Origin: an uncultured Alphaproteobacteria bacterium
Lineage (GTDB): Bacteria > Pseudomonadota > Alphaproteobacteria > Micropepsales > Micropepsaceae
Direction of reading: 5' to 3'
Length of the DNA stretch: 32,000 nucleotides
Assembly: GCA_963825895.1 (NCBI GenBank)
Contig: CAWGUP010000002.1
Span: 532,564-564,563 of the forward strand
Below are positions 15,412 through 22,083 of this stretch, in pieces. Made by a program: the position numbers and the translations under genes. Under the pieces are notes generated by a model. The model did no database searches, was not told the DNA's origin, and worked only from the letters and a program-made list of their open reading frames with translations. How positions within the stretch are numbered: position 1 is the stretch's first letter; the number at the start of each line of letters is the position of its first letter.

Positions 15412-16463
15412 GCGATCGGAAGAAGGTCATGGCAGCGTTGCGCTATTCAGGACCGCTCCTGTTTCTTGGGTCGATTCCGATCCTGCACGCATGGGCGCCG
15501 GCAGCCCCCTTTGCGACGGTGATTTTGATATTGTCGGCGCTTGTGCTGGCGGAGCGTTTCTCCAAATCGCCCACCAACATGACACCGCAGGTCTCAACCG
15601 GGCATTTGCTTCCCGTTCTCTACATTCCTGCGCAACTGACGGTGACGCTTTGGGCCGCTCATCAGGTGACCGCGCCCGGCACAACGGCGTGGGAAATCGT
15701 AGCTCTTACGATTTCGGTGGGCGCTACGACTGGCATATTCGGCGTGCTGGCAGCCCACGAAATGGTGCACAATCCGTCCCGCACGAAACGTGCGCTGGGC
15801 AGGATCATGCTGAGCGCTATGACTTATCGGCATTTCGCCATTGCTCATGTTTACGGCCATCACCGCTGGGCCGGAACCGATCGCGATGCTTCCACCGCGC
15901 GGCGTGGCGAGAACTTCTATGCATTCTTCCTGCGCACGCTGGTGCAACAGGTCGCGATGGCCTTCGCGTTCGAAAGGCGCCGTTGCGCAAACAAATCCTT
16001 TCCTGTGCTGCGCAACCGCGTTTTGCACGATGGCGTCATCATGGTGGTAATCTATGGGGCGCTCTATGCCTTTTGGGGACCGATGGCTGCGATCTTCCTG
16101 GCACTGGAAAGCTTCGTCGGCATCTTCGTTCTGGAGGTCTTCAACTATGTTGCCCATTACGGGCTGATGCGCCAGCGCGCGCCTGACGGCACACTCGAAC
16201 CGATGACGCATCGCCACGCTTGGAACTCCAGCGCGCCTGCGGCAAATCTCCTGATTTTCAACATGGGCCGCCATAGCGATCACCACGCTCGTGCGGGTGC
16301 GATCTACGAAACGCTCAGATCGCTGGAGGGAGCGCCGGAGCTTCCCGGGAGTTATGCCGGAAGTATCCTAATGGCACTGGTCCCTCCACTGTGGCGCAAG
16401 GTGATGGATGGCGAACTCTCGCGCCTACAAGCACGGCCGCCGCAAATCGCCTATCCTGCTTGA
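15408..16463 (+). CDS. AlkB-like integral-membrane di-iron hydroxylase (alkane 1-monooxygenase / fatty-acid desaturase superfamily)
   Basis: The ATG at 15408 overlaps the preceding stop (ATGA). The His boxes HEMVHN, AHVYGHHRW, NYVAHYGL and GRHSDHHA match the AlkB pattern (HELxH, EHxxGHH, NYxEHYGL, HSDHH). At 351 aa it is somewhat shorter than classical AlkB. Confidence 0.85.
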   Translation: MSDRKKVMAALRYSGPLLFLGSIPILHAWAPAAPFATVILILSALVLAERFSKSPTNMTPQVSTGHLLPVLYIPAQLTVTLWAAHQVTAPGTTAWEIVALTISVGATTGIFGVLAAHEMVHNPSRTKRALGRIMLSAMTYRHFAIAHVYGHHRWAGTDRDASTARRGENFYAFFLRTLVQQVAMAFAFERRRCANKSFPVLRNRVLHDGVIMVVIYGALYAFWGPMAAIFLALESFVGIFVLEVFNYVAHYGLMRQRAPDGTLEPMTHRHAWNSSAPAANLLIFNMGRHSDHHARAGAIYETLRSLEGAPELPGSYAGSILMALVPPLWRKVMDGELSRLQARPPQIAYPA

Positions 16464-16532
16464 AACACTGGAGACGATTCGATCCCGCCCGCATCAACAG
16501 CCAGCCCCTCTTTCACCACTTGGCTCGGCTTT

Positions 16533-18020
16533 GTGGTGATGTGCGTGGGTATGTTCATGGCGATCCTCGACATTCAGGTGGTGGCGAGTTCCCTGCCGAA
16601 CATGGCCGAGGCGCTTAACATTCCCGAAGACAAGCTGAGTTGGATACAAACAAGTTATCTCATCGCGGAGATCATCGCGATCCCACTTACCGGTTTTCTC
16701 ACTCGCGCGCTGGGCGTGCGCTGGTTATACGCAGGCTCTACGCTGGCCTTCACCCTGGCCAGCATTGGCTGCGCGATGAGCAGCGATTTCACCAGCCTTA
16801 TTGTCTTGCGCACGATCCAGGGCTTTTGCGGCGGCGCACTGATTCCCACCGTCTTCACCACGATCTTCGTGGTGTTCGAAGGCAAACGTGAGGCGCTCGC
16901 CACAACCATTGCCGGCAGCTTCGCGATGATCGCGCCGACCTTAGGACCTGCGCTCGGCGGCTGGTTGACCGAAACCTATTCCTGGCATGCAATTTTCCTC
17001 ATCAACGTCGCGCCTGGCCTTGTGGTCGGCGCAACCGTAGCTGCCATCGTGCGGGTCGGAGAGCCCAACTGGAAATTGCTCAAACGCATCGACTACGTCA
17101 CCGTCATCCTTGCCGCGGTCTTTCTGGCCAGTCTCGAACTCGCGCTGAAACAAGGCCCCAAACGGCATTGGGGAGGCGAATACGTCGCTGTTCTACTTGC
17201 AATCTGCGCGGTCTCCGGCATCGCCGCTGTGCAGCAATGCCTTGTGCGCAAAGAGCCCTTCGTCAATCTGCGCCGCTTCCGCGACCGCTCCTTTACCGCC
17301 GGTTGCATCCTGAGTTTTGTGCTGGGCTTAGGTCTTTTCAGCGCCACCTATATGACGCCGATCTTCCTGGGTTTCGTGCGCGGCCATTCCGCGCTCGACA
17401 TCGGCAAGATCATGGTTGTGGCCGGCGCGGCACAATTGCTTGCTGCCCCCGTTGCTGCGTTCCTCGAAACCCGCATCGACGCACGCAAGCTTGCCTTCGT
17501 GGGTTACGCGCTGTTCGCGGCAGGGTTGATCGCCAACGGCTTCCAGACGCCGCGTTGGGACTTCGGGGAATTCTTCTTCCCACAAGTGTTGCGCGGCGTG
17601 GCGATCATGTTCTGTCTTCTGCCGTCCACGCGGCTGGCGCTCGACGGTTGGCCCAAGGATCAGCTTTCGGATGCGAGCGCGCTGTTCAATCTGATGCGCA
17701 ACTTGGGTGGCGCCATCGGTATCGCGCTGGTGGATACGGTGGTCGAACAGCGTACGCCCAGCCATGCCGCCCATCTCGCAACACTGCTTCAGGCGGGCAG
17801 CCGCACGGCTGCCCAATTCGTAGGCCTGCCACTGCGCTATTTCCACGACAAACCGCTTGGTCCAGTGGACGCGTTCACCAAATCCCTCGTCGAGCCTTTG
17901 GTGAAGAAGGCGGGCGCCACGCTATCGTTCAACGAGGCGTGGCTAATGATCGGCGCGCTGTTCGTGCTCGCACTGCTTGCGTTGCCGCTGGCCACGCGCA
18001 TACGCCCGCTGCGCCGCTAG
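16533..18020 (+). CDS. MFS transporter, DHA2 (EmrB/QacA-like, 14-TMS) family; start codon uncertain
   Basis: 495-aa ORF from the GTG at 16533. The sequence MFMAILDIQVVASSLPNMAEAL... matches the typical EmrB-type TM1 motif (FM..LD.tIVnvALP). Multiple hydrophobic segments run throughout. See the finding on the missing canonical start. Confidence 0.85.
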   Translation: MVMCVGMFMAILDIQVVASSLPNMAEALNIPEDKLSWIQTSYLIAEIIAIPLTGFLTRALGVRWLYAGSTLAFTLASIGCAMSSDFTSLIVLRTIQGFCGGALIPTVFTTIFVVFEGKREALATTIAGSFAMIAPTLGPALGGWLTETYSWHAIFLINVAPGLVVGATVAAIVRVGEPNWKLLKRIDYVTVILAAVFLASLELALKQGPKRHWGGEYVAVLLAICAVSGIAAVQQCLVRKEPFVNLRRFRDRSFTAGCILSFVLGLGLFSATYMTPIFLGFVRGHSALDIGKIMVVAGAAQLLAAPVAAFLETRIDARKLAFVGYALFAAGLIANGFQTPRWDFGEFFFPQVLRGVAIMFCLLPSTRLALDGWPKDQLSDASALFNLMRNLGGAIGIALVDTVVEQRTPSHAAHLATLLQAGSRTAAQFVGLPLRYFHDKPLGPVDAFTKSLVEPLVKKAGATLSFNEAWLMIGALFVLALLALPLATRIRPLRR

Positions 18021-18403
18021 AAAATCCATTCAATGGCGTCCAGCTTTGCGCTATCCTCAACACCCCAGGCGAGCCGTGTGTGAATGGTGTGGTGATCTGC
18101 GGCAGTCTGAGAAAAGACCCCTTCAACCGCAAAGCCTTGCGCACGGCAAGCGAATTGGCGCCAGCGGGTATGACGTTTGACACTTACAACCAGATGGCCA
18201 GCATCCCTGCCTTATAATGACGATGTGCGCGAAAGAGACCATCGGACGGCAACGCTAGATCTGCCGCGAAGTATCGAGCACGCCAACGCACATCATCTGC
18301 GCCAGATATCCGTCTCTCTCACGGTGTTCCGGCCAATCAGCCAGAAGTGATGATCCCGGCAGCTTGCTTGCCATCTGGGAAGTTGGACGAAGAAACCGAG
18401 CGC

Positions 18404-19366
18404 CTAACCGGTCGTACCAAATTTCGGCGTACCTTCCGCTGCGCGGGCCTCAATGCGCCGTGTCATCCACGCAACGGCGCGATCCAGAACCTGATCGCCC
18501 TTCTGCCAGTGCAGCAGCAGGTGCGGGCCATCGTCGAACAGCGCCCATTCCTTCTTGCCGCCAAGTCGTTGATGCATAGTCCAAATACAGGCCTTGCGCA
18601 GAATATCATCGCGCGAGCCCACCATAGTGAGCGCAGGAATATGCACGCGATCAGCCAGTTCGACCGAACTGTTGGCAAGCTTGACGAGGCCAAACAGCAT
18701 GTCAGGCCGCACGCCGCGCAGGACCATCGGATCAAAGAGAAGACGAAGCGCTGCCGCGGGAGTCAGATCGCCCCCGCTCAGCCGTTCGAACACGATTTCG
18801 GATTCAGGCGCGAGGAACTGGACGATCCGCGCGATCCAGCTTGCGATCATGCGGCGAAACGTCGAAGCCAACGCACCGGGCGCGGCCAAAATCAATCCGT
18901 CGGCAACAAGGTTTTCCCGCGCTGCCGCCTGAATGGCCATGGCTCCGCCCATGCTTTCGCCGATAACGAAGACGGGTAACGCTGTGCCCACGCGTTCACG
19001 CAGCATGGAAAGAGCTTCGGCGACGTCCTTGGCCATGCGCTTCTTGCCACGCCAGCGGCCGCGTTTGGCCGTGGCACCGAAGCCGCGCTGATCATAGGCA
19101 AGGGCCGTAAAGCCCAGCCGCGCAAGCCTGGGGCCGATCTCATCGAACGAACCGGAATAATCGCATGCACCGTGAAGCAACAGAACTGCGCCCTTGGCAT
19201 GGTCCTGCGCAGCCCAGAAACGGTAAGGCAATTGCGCACCGTCCGACGCCAGCATCGTGCCGCACAATACGCGACAATCGAGTGCGGCAAGCGACCAGCG
19301 CATGTCGCTCACACGCGCTTTCCACGGTGTAAAACGGCGAAACGCCAATCGGAACGCGCCGCCCAT
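18404..19366 (-). CDS. Alpha/beta hydrolase (lysophospholipase / monoacylglycerol-lipase-like)
   Basis: The nucleophile elbow VIGESMGG (GxSxG) is present, together with LLLHGACDYSGSF and YDQRGFG motifs. The start is uncertain. The track start at 19417 is TTG. In-frame ATGs lie at 19366, 19303 and 19255. I list 19366 because an AAGGG lies 7 nt upstream. Confidence 0.8.
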   Translation of the reverse strand: MGGAFRLAFRRFTPWKARVSDMRWSLAALDCRVLCGTMLASDGAQLPYRFWAAQDHAKGAVLLLHGACDYSGSFDEIGPRLARLGFTALAYDQRGFGATAKRGRWRGKKRMAKDVAEALSMLRERVGTALPVFVIGESMGGAMAIQAAARENLVADGLILAAPGALASTFRRMIASWIARIVQFLAPESEIVFERLSGGDLTPAAALRLLFDPMVLRGVRPDMLFGLVKLANSSVELADRVHIPALTMVGSRDDILRKACIWTMHQRLGGKKEWALFDDGPHLLLHWQKGDQVLDRAVAWMTRRIEARAAEGTPKFGTTG

Positions 19367-19431
19367 AAATGACCCTTGGGAGTTCGTACGCGATTTCAAA
19401 CGTACGCGCGCCACCAAAGTTCCCGCACGCC

Positions 19432-19460
19432 AAAACGGCCACGCAGTCTCCTGCGCAGCC
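19432..19460 (-). terminator. Rho-independent terminator candidate after the small hydrophilic protein gene
   Basis: The minus strand reads GGCTGCGCAG-GAGA-CTGCGTGGCC followed by GTTTTGG. The 10-bp stem has a 2-nt internal mismatch and a GNRA-like loop. It lies about 20 nt downstream of the stop at 19482. Confidence 0.45.
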
Positions 19461-19481
19461 GTTTCAAGACCTTGGTCAAAG

Positions 19482-19703
19482 TCAGTGTCTGGCCTTCGCC
19501 TTGCCTTTTTCCTCAGCGGCGCGCAGCTCTGCGCCTTCTGGGCCTTCGATCGCTTTTTCGGCAGCCTTGGCGTATTTCGAAATCTTCGACTTTTTCTCGG
19601 AGATAAATTTTTCCGTACGCTTGTCGTAGTCGCGCGCTGCCTCGTAATTTCCTTCGCCGTGGACCTTGTCCTGCGAAGACTTGTTCTTGTCAGGGGTACT
19701 CAT
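19482..19703 (-). CDS. Small hydrophilic Lys/Glu-rich protein (73 aa), conserved-hypothetical type, probably stress-associated
   Basis: The protein is MSTPDKNKSSQDKVHGEGNYEAARDYDKRTEKFISEKKSKISKYAKAAEKAIEGPEGAELRAAEEKGKAKARH. An AGGAG Shine-Dalgarno lies 6 nt before the ATG. The gene starts 16 nt downstream of the DUF1328 gene, so the two are probably co-transcribed. Confidence 0.6.
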   Translation of the reverse strand: MSTPDKNKSSQDKVHGEGNYEAARDYDKRTEKFISEKKSKISKYAKAAEKAIEGPEGAELRAAEEKGKAKARH

Positions 19704-19719
19704 GTTTTGCTCCTGCGGT

Positions 19720-19899
19720 TTAGGGGCTCGTCAACCGTCGCGCTGCGGCAAGTCCCATGACCAGCAGCACGATGAAGATTGCCAGGAAGATGAAGAACAG
19801 GAATTTCGCGATTGCAATAGACGCACCCGCAAGGGTCGTGAAACCCAAAACGCCGGCGATCAGCCCAATCACCAGAAATACCAAAGCCCATCTCAACAT
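19720..19899 (-). CDS. DUF1328 / UPF0391 (YtjA-like) small membrane protein, 59 aa
   Basis: This ORF is below the 60-aa cut-off of the track. Translating the minus strand from the ATG at 19899 gives [59 protein letters not shown]. The N-terminal MLRWAL.FL.[10 protein letters not shown]...ag.a..iAk.lF pattern is the DUF1328 signature. Confidence 0.75.
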   Translation of the reverse strand: MLRWALVFLVIGLIAGVLGFTTLAGASIAIAKFLFFIFLAIFIVLLVMGLAAARRLTSP

Positions 19900-19926
19900 G
19901 ACGCGTACTCCATAGGTTGGCCAAGC

Positions 19927-19952
19927 AACGCGAGCGGACCGGCGAAAGTTCC
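19927..19952 (-). promoter_or_regulatory. EcfG-type general stress promoter candidate for the DUF1328 / small-protein operon
   Basis: The minus strand reads GGAAC-tttcgccggtccgctcg-CGTT. This is an exact match to GGAAC-N17-CGTT. The -10 element lies 27 nt upstream of the ATG at 19899. Confidence 0.55.
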
Positions 19953-19965
19953 GCGACCAGTGTTC

Positions 19966-19990
19966 GGAACCTTTGACGTCGAGCCCTGTT
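19966..19990 (+). promoter_or_regulatory. EcfG-type general stress promoter candidate for the DUF3309 / LigD-Pol operon
   Basis: The plus strand reads GGAAC-ctttgacgtcgagccc-TGTT (GGAAC-N16-tGTT). It lies 35 nt upstream of the ATG at 20025 and back-to-back with the promoter at 19927-19952. Confidence 0.45.
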
Positions 19991-20024
19991 ACCTCTGCGA
20001 TCCAGGCAAACGGGGATTTCGATC

Positions 20025-20177
20025 ATGTCGCTATTACTTCTTATTATTATCGTGATTTTGGTGCTCGGCGCGCTGCCTTCGTGGCCTTACAGCCGCAGTT
20101 GGGGCTATGGTCCCTCAGGCGGGTTGGGATTGATCCTTGTCATCATTCTCATCCTCGTTTTGATGGGCCGCATCTAG
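20025..20177 (+). CDS. DUF3309-family small membrane protein, 50 aa
   Basis: This ORF is below the track cut-off. The protein is MSLLLLIIIVILVLGALPSWPYSRSWGYGPSGGLGLILVIILILVLMGRI*. It has two hydrophobic helices flanking the WPYSR.WGY.PSGG core that I recall as the DUF3309 signature. Confidence 0.7.
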   Translation: MSLLLLIIIVILVLGALPSWPYSRSWGYGPSGGLGLILVIILILVLMGRI

Positions 20178-20191
20178 CGGCTTGCCTTTCG

Positions 20192-21109
20192 ATGGGGCCG
20201 ACGAAAGACAACAACTTCCGCGTGGCCGGTATCATCATCAGCCACCCCGAAAAGGAGTTGTGGCCGGCCGACAGGGGCCATCCCGCCGTCACCAAAGCCG
20301 ACCTTGCGACCTATTATAAATTGGCCGCCCCGCGCATCCTGCCCTTCACCGCGGGCCGCCCGCTTTCGCTTGTGCGCGCGCCAGAGGGCATCGATGGCCA
20401 ACGCTTCTTCCAGCGCCACGCGATGGAAGGGATGCAAGCCACCGGCAAGATCAATGTCGCGGGCGAAAAAAAGCCGTTCCTCGAAGTCCATACTGAAAAA
20501 GGATTGGTCGAGCTCGCCCAGGCTGCAAGTCTCGAACTTCATCCCTGGGGCTGCAAGAAAGCCGATCCCGAAACGCCCGCAATGCTGATCTTCGATCTCG
20601 ATCCAGCGCCCGATGTGCAATTCGACCAAACAATCGAGGCCGCCAAAGCCATGCGCGCGAAACTTATAGCGTGCGGCCTGACGCCGTTCGTCAAGACAAC
20701 CGGCGGCAAAGGTCTACATGTTGCGGCCGCCATTAAGCGCAGTTCGCGCACCTCCCCGACTTGGCCCGATGCAAAATCGTTTGCACGCGATATCTGCGCG
20801 GCACTGGAACGCGACGACCCGGCGCACTACACCACCAATATGTCGAAGAAGAAGCGCGACGGAAAAATCTTCCTCGACTATTTGCGCAACGACCGGATGG
20901 CGACCGCCGTAGCTCCCTGGTCACCGCGCGCCCGTCCGCACGCAACAATTGCCGTCCCGCTTTCCTGGGGGCAGCTAAAGCGCGGCCTGGATCCGCAGAG
21001 TTTCACCCTTGCCGATGGAAAGAGGCTGCTCGGTCGCACCGATCCATGGAAGGATTTCGAAAAGAGCGCGGGGGCGCTCGACGCAGCGCACAGCAAGCTC
21101 AAGGGTTAG
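20192..21109 (+). CDS. ligD: Stand-alone LigD polymerase/primase domain protein (NHEJ PolDom, AEP superfamily)
   Basis: The start is set at the ATG at 20192. The track ORF start at 19973 overlaps the DUF3309 gene. Matching motifs are ISHPEKELWP...TKADLATYYKLAAPRILPFTAGRPLSLVRAPEGI, LIFDLDP, FVKTTGGKGLHV and IFLDYLRNDRMATAVAPWSPRAR. No ligase or phosphoesterase domain is attached (305 aa). Confidence 0.9.
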   Translation: MGPTKDNNFRVAGIIISHPEKELWPADRGHPAVTKADLATYYKLAAPRILPFTAGRPLSLVRAPEGIDGQRFFQRHAMEGMQATGKINVAGEKKPFLEVHTEKGLVELAQAASLELHPWGCKKADPETPAMLIFDLDPAPDVQFDQTIEAAKAMRAKLIACGLTPFVKTTGGKGLHVAAAIKRSSRTSPTWPDAKSFARDICAALERDDPAHYTTNMSKKKRDGKIFLDYLRNDRMATAVAPWSPRARPHATIAVPLSWGQLKRGLDPQSFTLADGKRLLGRTDPWKDFEKSAGALDAAHSKLKG

Positions 21110-21993
21110 CTAGCGCCTTTGTGCTTGGCCTTGCGCGCGGGTGCGCTGGTTTTGTGCCTCAGGCTTTTCTGCAATGCCGCCATCAGGTCGATGACGTTGG
21201 TGTCTTGCGGTGCGGGAGCGCTGACGAGCTTCTCGCCCTTCTCCTTGCGGCGGATCAATTCGCGCAGAGCGGTCTCGTAGCGGTCCTTGAAATCCTTGGG
21301 CTCGAATGGGCCTTCCTTCTGCTCGATGATCTTCTCAGCGATGTCTATCATCCGCTTGTCAGCTTTGGCGTCGGAGATATCGCGGAAAGCCTGCAACGGA
21401 TCGAGTACCTCGTCGTGCATCCTGAGCGTATAGGCGATGAGACCCTTGCCGCGCGGCTCGATCGCCATCAACCGTTCGCGCGTGTGCATCACCACGCGGC
21501 CAAGCGCGATGCGGTCGGCGCTTTTCATAGCTTCGCGGATCACGGTATAGGCGTCGCTTCCGGATTCGTCGTCGGGCACCAGAAAGTACGGATCGTTCCA
21601 ATAAAGGCGGTCGATGGTGGAGGCATCCACGAACCGCTCGATGTCAAGAGTGTGGGTGGTTTCGAGCTTCACTTCATCTAATTCCGCGTCCGTCACGATC
21701 ACGTATTCGTCCTTGGCGACCTCGTAGCCCTTCACCAAATCAGAACGCTCCACCGGCCCCGCATCGGGATCGGTGGGGATCATGCGGATGCGATTGTTGG
21801 TCTCGGGATTGAGCAAGTGAAATGAAATATCGCTGGCGCGGGTGGTCGCGTTGATGAGCGCCACCGGACAACTCACAAGCGACAAGCGCAGATGGCCCTG
21901 CCAGGCCGGCCGTCCACCACGGCGATGAGGAGGCGCGTTGTCGTTGGCGCTGGGTTTGGACTTTGCGGGTTTGCGTTTGCGGTGGGCGGCCAT
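21106..21993 (-). CDS. ku: Ku protein (bacterial non-homologous end joining)
   Basis: Ku-core motifs are WQGHLRLSLVSCPVALINAT and DRLYWNDPYFLVPD. A Lys-rich C-terminal tail is present. I prefer the second ATG at 21993 because GGAGGA lies 5 nt upstream of it, whereas the first ATG at 21999 abuts the SD. An unusual basic N-terminal extension (AAHRKRKPAKSKPS) is present. The stop overlaps the LigD-Pol stop (convergent, 21106-21109). Confidence 0.9.
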   Translation of the reverse strand: MAAHRKRKPAKSKPSANDNAPPHRRGGRPAWQGHLRLSLVSCPVALINATTRASDISFHLLNPETNNRIRMIPTDPDAGPVERSDLVKGYEVAKDEYVIVTDAELDEVKLETTHTLDIERFVDASTIDRLYWNDPYFLVPDDESGSDAYTVIREAMKSADRIALGRVVMHTRERLMAIEPRGKGLIAYTLRMHDEVLDPLQAFRDISDAKADKRMIDIAEKIIEQKEGPFEPKDFKDRYETALRELIRRKEKGEKLVSAPAPQDTNVIDLMAALQKSLRHKTSAPARKAKHKGAS

Positions 21994-22056
21994 CTGCATC
22001 CTCCAAAGACGGCAATCCAGCCGTGCGACGCAGCCAGCTGGGTCTTTCAGGGATTC

Positions 22057-22082
22057 AACTGCAAGCCCGCTGTATTGGTTCC
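22057..22082 (-). promoter_or_regulatory. EcfG-type general stress promoter candidate for ku
   Basis: The minus strand reads GGAAC-caatacagcgggcttgc-AGTT (GGAAC-N17-aGTT). It lies immediately after the pgi stop at 22084 and about 60 nt upstream of the ku start. Confidence 0.4.
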
Positions 22083-22083
22083 G

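Noticed and set aside
17168-18217. 349-aa plus-strand ORF overlapping the 3' half of the MFS gene in another frame.
   Set aside because: Its product is extremely Arg-rich (RRIRRCSTCNLRGLRHRR...). The MFS frame gives continuous hydrophobic TM segments. This is a frame-shadow ORF.
18021-18403. Possible decayed gene in the convergent gap between the MFS and hydrolase genes. Minus-strand fragments look protein-like, e.g. MASKLPGSSLLADWPEHRERDGYLAQMMCVGVLDTSRQI* and ...GFAVEGVFSQTAADHHTIHTRLAWGVEDSAKLDAIEWIF*.
   Set aside because: The fragments lie in different frames. The longest has no start codon after its upstream stop, and I could not match either to a family. The evidence is insufficient to call a pseudogene. 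A blastx search would settle it.
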